From NCBI GenBank assembly GCA_965662235.1, contig CBFIGY010000002.1, positions 128,001-192,000 of the forward strand: a stretch of 64,000 bases of DNA, written 5' to 3'. Positions 9,875 through 19,973 of the stretch are shown here, piece after piece. Position numbers and translations under genes: made by a program. The notes under the pieces were generated by a model, which had not been told where the DNA came from, did no database searches, and was given only the letters and a program-made list of their open reading frames with translations. The first letter of the stretch is position 1, and every line of letters starts with the position of its first letter. The DNA comes from an uncultured bacterium. GTDB taxonomy: Bacteria > SAR324 > NAC60-12.

Positions 9875-11224
9875 ATGTCCGCCGCCAAGACGAACTTCCT
9901 CGAAGAACTGCTTCCGCACGATAAGTTCGCTGAGCAGGCTGTGCTGGGTTCCATCATCATCCGGAACTCGGTGATGGGAGTGGTGCTGGACGCCCTCATG
10001 CCCTCTGACTTTTTCTCCCCTGCTCACCAGCGCATCTTCCAAGCGATGCTGACGCTGCATCAGGAGAGCACACCACTGGATGAGCTCACCATTGCACGCT
10101 GGCTCAACGATCAGGGACAACTGGACCCCATTGGCGGTCCGGACTACTTGCTGGAACTGGCTCAGAACACTCCGGTCCCTGAAAACGTCGAGCACTACGC
10201 CCGGATTGTCCGCGAGAAGAGTCAGCTCCGGGACATCATTGCAGCCGCTCACGAGATCGCCAAACGGGGTCAGGAGGGCACTGAAAACATTTCGGCCTTT
10301 CTCTCGGAAGCCACTGAACGCCTCCGGGCGATTGAAGCACGGGCCAGTGGTGGAAACCTCAGCCCCCTCAAGGAAATCCTCCTTACCAACTTCGAGCAGC
10401 TAGAAAAGCTTTCGGAGGCGCCAGAGGCCGTCACCGGGGTGCCCACCGGATTTACGGAGCTGGATGAGCTGACCCGGGGCCTGCAGCGGGGGGATTTGGT
10501 CATTCTGGCCGCCCGTCCCTCAATGGGCAAAACCGCCTTTGCCATGAACATCGGGCTCTATGCGGCCGCGCATGCAAAGATTCCCACTCTGATCTTCAGC
10601 CTTGAGATGCCGAAGGAGCACATTGCGATGCGCCTGATCTGCAGCGAGGCTCGGGTCAACAGTCGCAAGCTCTGGGGCGGGAACTTGGACCAGGAGGACT
10701 GGGACAAGCTGCTGGAGGCAACCACCCGCATGATGGATGCTCCGCTCTTTATTGACGACCAGTCTGGCATCAACCCCGCCTACATCCGTAAGGTCGCCCG
10801 GCAGGTGAAGCAGCAGCACCCGGAAATTGGACTGATTGTCATCGACTACCTGCAGCTGATGAGCTCCACGCGCCGGACGGATTCCCGGGAGCAGGAGATT
10901 TCGGAAATTTCCCGGGCCCTCAAGGCCGTGGCCAAGGAATTTAGCCTGCCGGTGCTGGCGCTTTCTCAGCTCAACCGCGACCTAGAACGCCGGGCCGACA
11001 AGCGTCCGATGATGGCCGATCTACGGGAATCCGGAGCCCTAGAGCAAGACGCGGACTTGATCATGTTCATCTATCGCGATGAAGTGTACAATGACAACAC
11101 GGAAGATAAGGGAATTGCCGAAATCATCATCTCCAAGCACCGAAATGGAGAGATCGGCACCCGGCGCCTTGCGTTCATTGGGCAGTACACCAAGTTTGCA
11201 AACCTTGCCCTTGGAGAACCTTGA
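9875..11224 (+). CDS. dnaB: Replicative DNA helicase DnaB
   Basis: AEQAVLG, LAARPSMGKT, IDYLQL, LSQLNR, DLRESGALEQDAD, KHRNG; no intein. Confidence 0.97.
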   Translation: MSAAKTNFLEELLPHDKFAEQAVLGSIIIRNSVMGVVLDALMPSDFFSPAHQRIFQAMLTLHQESTPLDELTIARWLNDQGQLDPIGGPDYLLELAQNTPVPENVEHYARIVREKSQLRDIIAAAHEIAKRGQEGTENISAFLSEATERLRAIEARASGGNLSPLKEILLTNFEQLEKLSEAPEAVTGVPTGFTELDELTRGLQRGDLVILAARPSMGKTAFAMNIGLYAAAHAKIPTLIFSLEMPKEHIAMRLICSEARVNSRKLWGGNLDQEDWDKLLEATTRMMDAPLFIDDQSGINPAYIRKVARQVKQQHPEIGLIVIDYLQLMSSTRRTDSREQEISEISRALKAVAKEFSLPVLALSQLNRDLERRADKRPMMADLRESGALEQDADLIMFIYRDEVYNDNTEDKGIAEIIISKHRNGEIGTRRLAFIGQYTKFANLALGEP

Positions 11225-12216
11225 CTTCGACTGTCATGGATACCCCCTCAACCCCGTCTGCTGCAGAGTGGCTGCAACGTCCTCTGTTGGAACAGGTCGC
11301 TCAGCCGCTGGCTCCGTCGCTGCCATGCCCGTGTTTTCCGGAGCTCATGGAAGCCATCTTGCGGGAGGTTTTGGAGCAAGAGTGGTCTCGTCTCAGCAGC
11401 CGAGCCAAGGCCTACCTGCGCTGGATGAGCACCAAGGCAGAGGCCATTGACGTCTTTGTCCCCACCCACGAGGTGGCCACTCATGGCTTTGAACTACTTG
11501 CTGCCGATCGTTTTGGCAACAGCTTCGGGAAGATCCAAGCGCAGTGTAAGGAGCTCGGCATTCCCTCCATCCTCTTTCGGTTTGCCTCGCTGGTGGCCGC
11601 CTTCCTCAACGTCCGTCTTCTGAAGGAGCACCTCCTCCGCAAAGAAGAAGCAGACCGCCCGCTGGTGTTCACGCAAAACGTCGATGGCGATTACCTCAAC
11701 TACCCCCGGGCCCTCCGAGCGGTGCTGGACCTGTTTCCGGAATCACAGGAACAGTTTTACTTTGAGGTCAATGAAGGCATCACTGAGGACTACCTGAACA
11801 CCATCCGGTTTCTTTCAGAAGAGTTGGGGCTGCGGCTGGCTCTGGATGACACCAACCGCATGGATCAGCAGGTCCACCGCGAGTTGCTCGACTATGCCGA
11901 CTGGATCAAGATCGACTTCCAAGGCACCGCCATGCTGGAAGCCCGGCTGAAAAACGGTGAACGGGACCCTGTCCTCTGGCACCTGGAAAACTACGCCAAG
12001 AACTCCCAAACCTCAGCCATGGTTTTCGAAGGCCTCGGTGAGCACTCGGTCCTCAAAGGATTCTTGGAAAACCACTGGCCCCTTTCATCCACCCGCCTCT
12101 ATCACCAAAGCCGTGAACGGCGCCCCCGCACCCCGTGGAATGACTACTTTGGCGTGATTCAGGATCACGTCCCTGGGGAGTACGGGTTGTTCTTCAAGCG
12201 AGACCTATGCGATTGA
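11221..12216 (+). CDS. Divergent EAL-domain (c-di-GMP phosphodiesterase-like) protein
   Basis: Ordered EAL-like motifs GFELL, TQNV, FEVNE, LALDD, WIKID, VFEG; overlaps the dnaB stop (alternative ATG at 11236). Confidence 0.6.
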   Translation: MTSTVMDTPSTPSAAEWLQRPLLEQVAQPLAPSLPCPCFPELMEAILREVLEQEWSRLSSRAKAYLRWMSTKAEAIDVFVPTHEVATHGFELLAADRFGNSFGKIQAQCKELGIPSILFRFASLVAAFLNVRLLKEHLLRKEEADRPLVFTQNVDGDYLNYPRALRAVLDLFPESQEQFYFEVNEGITEDYLNTIRFLSEELGLRLALDDTNRMDQQVHRELLDYADWIKIDFQGTAMLEARLKNGERDPVLWHLENYAKNSQTSAMVFEGLGEHSVLKGFLENHWPLSSTRLYHQSRERRPRTPWNDYFGVIQDHVPGEYGLFFKRDLCD

Positions 12217-13433
12217 CCGGACTCTTGCTGAGCCTCTTGGTGCTCAGCGCCTGCGCGTCCTCGGAGTACCCTGACCAAACTGATGAAGGCGCCTCACTTG
12301 CCGGAGGCGTGCTGTTTGAAGAGCCCCTAGAGCAAGACGCGGGAAACAACCCTTCGCACCTCGTTTGGGACAACTTTACGGCCAACGCTCAGGTCGATGA
12401 CCTCCTTGTCCTCAACCCCCGAAAAACTGGGGACGTTCTTTCTGAAGCCGATGGCACCCTCGCCCTCTTTGCGGACGCCTCGGGCAGTAGCCTAGCTGCA
12501 GCAACCCTGCAGGAGCCGGCAACCGCTCAGTGGCGTCAGGATGCCGTGGCCGCGGACGTCAATGCAGACGGAAGCCAAGACCTCGTCGTCAGTGACGCGG
12601 CCAACGATGCCGTGCAGGTGCTCCTCAACGATGGCACCGGCACGTTTTCAGATAACGCCACCATTTCCGTCGGCAACGTTCCGACCGACCTGCTGACCTG
12701 GTCTGACGGAGGACAAACCTACCTGGCCGTGGCCAATCGCGACGGCTCCAGCATTTCCGTGCTCGACAACCAAAGCGGGACCTTGGCCGTACAAGCCACT
12801 TTGACAACGGAAAGCACCCCAACCGGGCTGGCAATCGGCGACTGGAACACCGACAACCGCACTGACCTCGCCGTCCTTTCCCGCGGCACCGAAACCGTTG
12901 AGCTGTGGCTCGATAATGGGTCCGGAGGCTTTACTCAGCACACCAGCACTCTGGGCACCGGAGGCGCTCCTCACTCCCTGCTTTCCGGCGACTGGGACTG
13001 CAACGGAACTGCAGACCTGGCCGTCAGCAACAGCAGCGACGACACCCTGAGCCTCTTTTATGGCGATGGCGCTCTGAACTTTGAGGCGCAGACCCTCTCC
13101 ACCGGACGAGGCCCGAGTTCCTTTGCAGCGGCAGACTTCAATCAGGATGGGGCCATGGACTTTGTCGTCGCCCAACGCTTTTCCGTCAGCACCACCTCCA
13201 ACTCCTACCTCACAGGAGACCTGTCGCTGCTCCTCAGTCAGAGCCAAGACACCTATGACACAGCGGAATCTTTTGCCGCGTCCACAGCAGCAGCAGGGAC
13301 GCCTCCGGCTCGCTTGCTGATCGCCGACCAAAATGGCGATGCCAAGCTGGACCTGCTGGTGGCCTTACCGCAACAGGGGAAGGTCGCCGTTCTGCATGGG
13401 AAAGCCTACTCCGGCAGCCTGTCCTGTCCCTAA
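12207..13433 (+). CDS. FG-GAP/VCBS repeat lipoprotein
   Basis: Lipobox LSAC; repeats DVNADGSQDLVV, DWNTDNRTDLAV, DWDCNGTADLAV, DFNQDGAMDFVV, DQNGDAKLDLLV. Confidence 0.85.
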   Translation: MRLTGLLLSLLVLSACASSEYPDQTDEGASLAGGVLFEEPLEQDAGNNPSHLVWDNFTANAQVDDLLVLNPRKTGDVLSEADGTLALFADASGSSLAAATLQEPATAQWRQDAVAADVNADGSQDLVVSDAANDAVQVLLNDGTGTFSDNATISVGNVPTDLLTWSDGGQTYLAVANRDGSSISVLDNQSGTLAVQATLTTESTPTGLAIGDWNTDNRTDLAVLSRGTETVELWLDNGSGGFTQHTSTLGTGGAPHSLLSGDWDCNGTADLAVSNSSDDTLSLFYGDGALNFEAQTLSTGRGPSSFAAADFNQDGAMDFVVAQRFSVSTTSNSYLTGDLSLLLSQSQDTYDTAESFAASTAAAGTPPARLLIADQNGDAKLDLLVALPQQGKVAVLHGKAYSGSLSCP

Positions 13434-13511
13434 GCCTTCCGGATTTCCAGTCAAGGTGTGGCTCTTGCAAATCTAGAGAGGTCTGTAATTGCACCCTGGC
13501 CGCCGAATTCC

Positions 13512-16500
13512 ATGCGTTCCCTGCTTTCGTTTCTTCTACTGCTTGTTTTTCCTGCTCTCGGATGGGCTCAAGATCCGAAAACTCCCTTGGGAGATTTCAT
13601 CTGGTCCCGCCACTACTATGGCCAGCTCAATGGTCAGGAGCAGCTGCTCTACACCCGTTCCTTTGCCCGTAGCCAGCTGAGCTTTGCGGACACCAATGGA
13701 GACGGTGAGGAAGACCTCTTTGTCGGGAAAGCGGACGGGCGCATCGCTTTCTTCCGCAACGACGGTACCAGCACCGCCCCGGCTTTCCGCCTCGTCACCG
13801 AAGACTACCAAGCCTACCACGAGGAGCTCACCGGCAACCAGGAACTGCTGCAGCTGCAGGACCTCATCAACGTCGGCAGCAACGCCTCCCCCGAATTCTA
13901 CGACATCGACAGCGACGGCGACCTCGACCTCTTCATTGGGTCCGGAGACGGAAGCATCTTCTACTACGAAAACCGGGGCAACCGCCTGCTCGCCCGCTAC
14001 TTCCTGGACTCCCCCGTCTTCATGAACCTGAAGTTCGACGGCAACGTCGTGCCCCGGTTTGCCGACCTCAACGGGGACCGATTGGTGGACATGCTCGTGG
14101 GCACACGGGAAGGCAAGCTCACCCTCTTCTTCAACTCCGGACTCTCCACACGGCCGCTGTTCTGCCCGGCGTTTCCTGCTGGGCTCCCTCCGGACCCGCG
14201 CTGCAAGTACCAGCCGCTTGAGCTGGGCAGCGTTGCGCCCCACATGGACGCCACCCCCACGCTGGTGGACTGGGATCAGGATGGACTGCTCGACATTGTC
14301 GCAGGTAAGTCCAACGGCAAACTGAGCTTCTACCACAACCAGGGAACTCGGTTTGCCCCCAAGTGGGTGCTGGAGTCTGAGCACTTCCTCTTCATTGACT
14401 CCGGAGGCTTCTCGGCCCCGAACTTTCACGACCTCAACCAAGACGGCTACCCGGAGCTGGTTCTGGGCACCGCAACCTCGATGGTGGTTCAGTATGACAA
14501 CCGTGAGCTGCTGCAAACAGGACTGGGGAAACTGGCTCAGCTGGACCTGACGCAGATTGACTTCCGGGCCTCTGTCCAGAACGTCCTGGCTCAGGCCTGT
14601 GCGCTCCTGCGTGGAGAGCCAGAGTGTGTGGTCACCATGAATACGGCCTTTGGCCTGCCCGACACCGTCAAGACGCTGGGAGATCTGGAAGCCAACCTGC
14701 TCAGTCCGGACGCCAGCCTCAATTCAACCGCCCTGCAGGTACAGACGCCCGACACCGGCCAGCAAGCCCCGGCCATGTCCAGCAACACGCAAACGCCGGC
14801 CCTGACGGGTCCGAACGCTCCCGCAGGACAGCCGCCGGCAAACGTGGCTGCCATCCGGACCCCCCTCCAGGCCAACGTCAACACCGCGCCTGGTGCCGCA
14901 AACGGAGCGCCTGCAGATCCGAATGCTGCTGACGCGGCAGCGGCCGATGCCGGTCCTCCGCAGATCATCACGCGAAACCGCATGTGGCTCAGCACCCGGA
15001 ACTTCCTCAACATTGGGGAGCTTGCGGAAAATGAACTCCGCTCCACCGTGACCACAGGCGACTGGAATGGCGACGGACTTGTGGACCTCATCGTCGGAGG
15101 AAAGTCTGGACGCATCTATGCCTATGAGAACCAAGGCAGCCCGGAGCAGCCCAACTGGGTTTCCCTCGATTTTCCCTCGTTTGCCCCCAACCGGCGGCAA
15201 AACAGCGCGCCGTTTCTCTATGACATCGACGGGGATGGAGACCTCGACATCATCATCGGCAAGGCTGACGGCCAAATTGAACTCCTCCGGAATGACGGAA
15301 ACGCACAGGCGCCAGACTGGGTGACCGCCGATGTTCGGCTCTCTCAGATTGATGTTGGAAACGACAGCCGTCCGCTGTTGATTGACCTGGATAAGGATGA
15401 AGATCCTGACCTGCTCGTGGGCAATGGACGCGGGCTCGTGATCTTTTATGAGAACCAGGGGACCGCGCAGTCACCCAAGTTCTTCCTCAAGAGCACCCGT
15501 TTCGCCGGCATCACCATGCCTGGAAATGCAGCCCCCAGCATCTTCTTCTGGAACAACGACGACAACCCCGACTTGGTCACGGGCGAACGAGACGGCACCC
15601 TGCGTGTCAACTCCTTTACGCCTCGTCCGGACGCTCCTCCGACGTACGGATGGCGGCTGGAAGAAGAAATCTGGGCCGGCCTGCGTTCCGTTGGCTACAG
15701 TTCCCCCAGCTTTGCGGAACTGAACGGTGACGATCAGACGGACCTGTTGATGGGAGACGAGGAAGGGAACCTGTTGCTGTGGTTCAATCAGGGACGCCAG
15801 ACGGTGGAGCCTCCGGCTCCGGAACCCGTGCTGACCTCCAATTCGATTGACTCCAACGACAACCCGATTCTTCCAGACTCTGAGGAAGTGCCCTTCTTCA
15901 ACGATGAGACGGACTTTGTCACCGACACCATTGTGGAGCCACGTTACGTTCTCGTTTCCAAACAATTCGGTGGGATTCAGGCGGGCCGTAAGCTGGTTCC
16001 GGCGCTCCTGGATCTTGATGGCGACCTGGACCTGGACCTGCTGATCGGCAACCAGGCAGGGCAGCTGCTGGTGTTCACGAACGAAGGAGGTGACCCAGAG
16101 ACCACCAACTGGCGACTGACGGACACCAACTTCTTGGAGTACAAGGGCGGACGAAACGCTTCCCCGACCTTTGTGGACATTGATGGGGACGGTGACAAGG
16201 ACCTGATCGTCGGTAACGAGCGGGGCAGCGTGATGTACTGGGAAAACAAGGGCTCCGACTCCTTCCCGGACTTTTCACCGAACCCAGCCAGCGTCCTCGG
16301 TGTGACCGCAGGACAGAACTCCATGCCCAGCGCTTTTGACCTGAACGGCGATGGTTTTCCAGACCTGCTTCTGGGGAACCTGTTTGGGCAGCTTCGCCAG
16401 TACCAACAGCTTCGGGAGGGAGACGACCGCTACCGCTTCCGCCTTCTGCGTCGTCAGTTCATGGGACTGGATGTGGGCCTAGGCGCGGCGCCTCAGTTTG

Positions 16501-16757
16501 CAGACCTGAACAACGACAAGATCCCTGAGATGGTCGTTGGCTCTGACATCGGACGGTTCCGCGTGTATGAGCAGGTGGCAGGGCAGACAGAGGAGTCGAT
16601 GTGGAAGGAAGGTCCGAATTACTTTGCCGACCTTGAGTTGCCGCTCGGTGGAGCTGCGACCTTTGTGGACTTCAATGAAGACAATGACATGGACGTCCTC
16701 ATTGGCGGAGAGGATGGATCGCTCTACTACTACCGAAACGACGCGCGGCGGCAATGA
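13512..16757 (+). CDS. Large exported FG-GAP repeat (Ca-binding beta-propeller) protein
   Basis: Signal peptide MRSLLSFLLLLVFPALGWA; about 15 DxxxDGxxDLxxG...GxxxxYxNxG repeats in three blocks separated by Pro/Ala/Gln-rich and Pro/Asp-rich linkers. Confidence 0.85.
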   Translation: MRSLLSFLLLLVFPALGWAQDPKTPLGDFIWSRHYYGQLNGQEQLLYTRSFARSQLSFADTNGDGEEDLFVGKADGRIAFFRNDGTSTAPAFRLVTEDYQAYHEELTGNQELLQLQDLINVGSNASPEFYDIDSDGDLDLFIGSGDGSIFYYENRGNRLLARYFLDSPVFMNLKFDGNVVPRFADLNGDRLVDMLVGTREGKLTLFFNSGLSTRPLFCPAFPAGLPPDPRCKYQPLELGSVAPHMDATPTLVDWDQDGLLDIVAGKSNGKLSFYHNQGTRFAPKWVLESEHFLFIDSGGFSAPNFHDLNQDGYPELVLGTATSMVVQYDNRELLQTGLGKLAQLDLTQIDFRASVQNVLAQACALLRGEPECVVTMNTAFGLPDTVKTLGDLEANLLSPDASLNSTALQVQTPDTGQQAPAMSSNTQTPALTGPNAPAGQPPANVAAIRTPLQANVNTAPGAANGAPADPNAADAAAADAGPPQIITRNRMWLSTRNFLNIGELAENELRSTVTTGDWNGDGLVDLIVGGKSGRIYAYENQGSPEQPNWVSLDFPSFAPNRRQNSAPFLYDIDGDGDLDIIIGKADGQIELLRNDGNAQAPDWVTADVRLSQIDVGNDSRPLLIDLDKDEDPDLLVGNGRGLVIFYENQGTAQSPKFFLKSTRFAGITMPGNAAPSIFFWNNDDNPDLVTGERDGTLRVNSFTPRPDAPPTYGWRLEEEIWAGLRSVGYSSPSFAELNGDDQTDLLMGDEEGNLLLWFNQGRQTVEPPAPEPVLTSNSIDSNDNPILPDSEEVPFFNDETDFVTDTIVEPRYVLVSKQFGGIQAGRKLVPALLDLDGDLDLDLLIGNQAGQLLVFTNEGGDPETTNWRLTDTNFLEYKGGRNASPTFVDIDGDGDKDLIVGNERGSVMYWENKGSDSFPDFSPNPASVLGVTAGQNSMPSAFDLNGDGFPDLLLGNLFGQLRQYQQLREGDDRYRFRLLRRQFMGLDVGLGAAPQFADLNNDKIPEMVVGSDIGRFRVYEQVAGQTEESMWKEGPNYFADLELPLGGAATFVDFNEDNDMDVLIGGEDGSLYYYRNDARRQ

Positions 16758-16785
16758 GCCCCCGCACGCGCCTCGTTCAAGTGGC

Positions 16786-18243
16786 TTAGTTCAGCAGCCG
16801 CAGAACGCTCTGCTGACTCTGGTTGGCCTGCGCCAACATGGCCATGCTTGACTCCACCATGATCTGGTTTCGAGTAAAGTCAGCCATTTCCTTCGCCATA
16901 TCCGCGTCTCGGACCACTGACTCCGAGCTCTGGACGTTCTCATGAGCGATCCGGAGGTAGTTGAGGTTGCTCTCCAGGGTGTTCTTCTGGAAGGCGCCCA
17001 TTTCCCCTCGGGTGGACGAAACCTCGTCAATCGCCCGGTCAATGACCTTGATCGCATCCTGAGCCTGAGCAGCCGTCAGCACCTTGACCTCATTCAGAGA
17101 TCGGAAGCCGGACTCATTCAGAACGGCGTTCCCCAGCTGTGAAGCCCGAACGGACTTCATGGAGACTGAGGTCATCTGATTGGCATTCCCCCCAATCTGG
17201 AAGTTCAGGGAGTTCTGCGCAAAGGTCAGGGTGCCCACGCGTCCGGCAGCATCCCCCGTGTAGCGAACCTTGATCCCCTCAATGCCGTTGGCCCCCGGAC
17301 CTCCGGTCAAGACCTGCCCCTTACCGGTAGCCGCCTCGCCGTTGATTTCTCCCGCAATGTCCACTCCGTTCTGGATCTTATCCGAAACATTCGCCTGCTG
17401 CGAGAGGACGCCTGCGGTGGAGCTGGCAACATTGAAGGTATGCTCGCTGCCATACTCACGGTGACGCAAGCGGATGGCCTGCGGCGCGTCGTTGTCCGTA
17501 CTTCCGGGATCAGGTCGGATCAGGTCGATGTTCAGGTTCGCATCCTTGATTGCTGCGCCAAGCTCGTTGAGCGTCTGCTCCACTGAGCGCCCGGCCTTGG
17601 TCCGGAAGTTCAACGCACGGCCACCTTCCGTGATGGTGATCTGCTCCCCGCGGTCAATGATGTCCTGAGTCAGTGCCACCGAGCCGGTGTGCTCTGCGCG
17701 AGCGGCAGCCTGGGTCACATCAATGCTGTACCCATTGGGGCCAGAAGAGTTAGCCTTGGCGCCTCCGGTGATGAACTCTAGGTCCTCACCCACCACGACT
17801 CCGTTCCCGGCTTTGCTTCCATCCAGCAGGTAGTTCTTGCCATACTGGGTGTTTTTGGCAATCCGGTTGATGGACGACAGGATGTTGTCGAGTTCCTGCT
17901 GATCCGCCTGCTGCATCGCCGGATCGTTGGTCGCTTCGTTGGCCGCATGCACCGCCAGCTGACGGGCATTGATCAGTGAGCGACTCACTTCATCCAAAGC
18001 CGCCTCTGCGGTCTGCATCAGCGACACCCCCATTTCGGTGTTGTCAATGGCCTGACGCAGTCCTGCAGCTTGAGCCCGCAGCTGCTCGGAGATCTGGAGC
18101 TGAGCCGGGGCATCGGCTCCGCGATTGATCTTCATTCCTGAAGAAAGCCGCTCAATGGACTTTTGCTGAGCGGCCGAATTATTCGTCAACTGACGGTGAG
18201 CATTTGTAGCTGCAACGTTGTTGTTGATACGAAGAGAAGACAT
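16786..18243 (-). CDS. fliC: Flagellin (array copy 1)
   Basis: LRINNN...ERLSSGMKIN N-terminal domain; MGAFQKNTLE...RDADMAKEMADFTRNQI...LAQANQ...VLRLL C-terminal domain. Confidence 0.95.
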   Translation of the reverse strand: MSSLRINNNVAATNAHRQLTNNSAAQQKSIERLSSGMKINRGADAPAQLQISEQLRAQAAGLRQAIDNTEMGVSLMQTAEAALDEVSRSLINARQLAVHAANEATNDPAMQQADQQELDNILSSINRIAKNTQYGKNYLLDGSKAGNGVVVGEDLEFITGGAKANSSGPNGYSIDVTQAAARAEHTGSVALTQDIIDRGEQITITEGGRALNFRTKAGRSVEQTLNELGAAIKDANLNIDLIRPDPGSTDNDAPQAIRLRHREYGSEHTFNVASSTAGVLSQQANVSDKIQNGVDIAGEINGEAATGKGQVLTGGPGANGIEGIKVRYTGDAAGRVGTLTFAQNSLNFQIGGNANQMTSVSMKSVRASQLGNAVLNESGFRSLNEVKVLTAAQAQDAIKVIDRAIDEVSSTRGEMGAFQKNTLESNLNYLRIAHENVQSSESVVRDADMAKEMADFTRNQIMVESSMAMLAQANQSQQSVLRLLN

Positions 18244-18280
18244 AACTGCTCCTTTTATTCGGGACGATAAAGAGGATCGG

Positions 18281-18294
18281 GCGCCTCCATGCGC
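18281..18294 (-). promoter_or_regulatory. CsrA/RsmA-type ANGGA hairpin in the copy 1 leader
   Basis: mRNA GCGCAUGGAGGCGC, about 40 nt upstream of the ATG. Confidence 0.6.
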
Positions 18295-18362
18295 ATCAGG
18301 GGACTCACCCTCTGCTTCCTCTAGCGTTTAACAGTGAGCCCCATGGGATGAGCGTGGGCTCA

Positions 18363-19817
18363 TTATCCCAACAAGCGCAGCACATTCTGCTGACTCTGGT
18401 TGGCCTGGGCCAGCATGGCCATGCTGGACTGAACCATGATCTGATTCCGGGTGAAGTCGGCCATTTCTTTGGCCATGTCGGCGTCACGGACAACGGACTC
18501 AGACCCCTGGACATTCTCGTGAGCAATCCGCAGGTAGTTGAGGTTGCTCTCAAGCGTGTTCTTCTGGAAGGCCCCCATGTCTCCACGAGTGGAGGAGACC
18601 TCATCAATGGCACGGTCGATCACCTTGATCGCATCCTGGGCCTGAGCGGTCGAAAGGACCTTGATTTCATTCAAGGACCGGAAGCCGGAAGTGTTCAGCA
18701 CCGCGTTCCCCAGCTGCGAAGCCCGGACGGACTTCATGGAGACCGAAGTCATCTGATTGGCATTCCCCCCAATCTGGAAGTTCAGGGAGTTCTGGGAGAA
18801 GGTCAGGGTGCCGACGCGTCCGGTGGTTTCTCCGGTGTAGCGGACCTGGATACCTTCAATGCCGTTGGCGCCTGGGCCTCCGGTCAGAACCTGTCCCTTG
18901 CCTGTCGCAGCTTCTCCGTTGATCTCTCCGGCAATGTCGACTCCGTTGGCAATCTTATCCGAGACGTTGCCTTGCTGTGAGAGCACACCTGCGGTGGAGC
19001 TGGCCACCGTAAAGGTGTGTTCGCTGCCGTACTCACGATGACGCAAGCGGATCACCTGCGGGGCATTGTTGTCGGTGGTTGCAGGGTCCGGACGGAGCAG
19101 GTCAATGTTGAGGTTGGCGTCCTTGATGGCGGCCCCCAGTTCGTTCAAGGTCTGCTCCACCGAGCGTCCAGCTTCCGTTCGGAAGTTCAGCGCACGGCCA
19201 CCTTCCGTAATCGTGATCTGCTCTCCACGGTCAATCATGTCCTGAGTCAGGGCGACAGAGCCGGCATACTCGTTCCGCTGCGCTGCTTGAGTCACAGTGA
19301 TGGCGTAACCATTGGGTCCAGAAGACTGAGCCTTCTCTCCTCCTTTGATGAACTCCAGGTTGTCGCCCACCACAACCCCGTTGCCAGCCTTGCTGCCGTC
19401 GAGCAGGAAGTTCTTCCCGTACTGGGTGTTCTTGGCAATGCGGTTGATGGAGGAGAGGATGTTGTCGATTTCCTGCTGATCCGCCTGCATCATGGCCGGA
19501 TCGTTGGTGGCTTCGTTGGCCGCGTGCACCGCCAATTGGCGCGCATTGATGAGGGAGCGACTCACTTCATCTAGGGCAGCCTCAGCGGTTTGCATCAGCG
19601 ACACGCCCATCTCCGAGTTGTCGATGGCTTGGCGCAGTCCTGCTTCCTGAGCACGCAACTGCTCGGAAATCTGCAACTGAGCCGGAGCGTCGGCGCCACG
19701 GTTGATCTTCATCCCGGAAGACAACCGCTCAATGGACTTCTGCTGAGCCACACTGTTGTTGGTCAGTTGGCGGTGGGTGTTGGTGGCCGCCACATTGGTA
19801 TTAATCCGAAGAGACAT
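18363..19817 (-). CDS. fliC: Flagellin (array copy 2)
   Basis: Flagellin N- and C-terminal domains; near-identical to copy 3 in protein sequence. Confidence 0.95.
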   Translation of the reverse strand: MSLRINTNVAATNTHRQLTNNSVAQQKSIERLSSGMKINRGADAPAQLQISEQLRAQEAGLRQAIDNSEMGVSLMQTAEAALDEVSRSLINARQLAVHAANEATNDPAMMQADQQEIDNILSSINRIAKNTQYGKNFLLDGSKAGNGVVVGDNLEFIKGGEKAQSSGPNGYAITVTQAAQRNEYAGSVALTQDMIDRGEQITITEGGRALNFRTEAGRSVEQTLNELGAAIKDANLNIDLLRPDPATTDNNAPQVIRLRHREYGSEHTFTVASSTAGVLSQQGNVSDKIANGVDIAGEINGEAATGKGQVLTGGPGANGIEGIQVRYTGETTGRVGTLTFSQNSLNFQIGGNANQMTSVSMKSVRASQLGNAVLNTSGFRSLNEIKVLSTAQAQDAIKVIDRAIDEVSSTRGDMGAFQKNTLESNLNYLRIAHENVQGSESVVRDADMAKEMADFTRNQIMVQSSMAMLAQANQSQQNVLRLLG

Positions 19818-19910
19818 CAGGACCTTTTTTCAAAAATAGTTCTTCAAAATAATGGGCTCGTCAGTTGCGTATCCATGTCGCTCATGACGATTGAGCACTT
19901 CTGTCCACTC

Positions 19911-19922
19911 CGCCTCCATGCG
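19911..19922 (-). promoter_or_regulatory. CsrA/RsmA-type ANGGA hairpin in the copy 2 leader
   Basis: mRNA CGCAUGGAGGCG; second site GCGACAUGGAUACGC at 19867-19881. Confidence 0.6.
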
Positions 19923-19945
19923 TTGCTCCAGAAATGCAAACTGGT

Positions 19946-19964
19946 GGGACCTCTAGGAGGTCCC
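19946..19964 (-). terminator. Hairpin after flagellin copy 3
   Basis: GGGACCTC-TAG-GAGGTCCC inverted repeat about 10 nt past the stop; weak U tract. Confidence 0.45.
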
Positions 19965-19973
19965 AGTCTTTCC

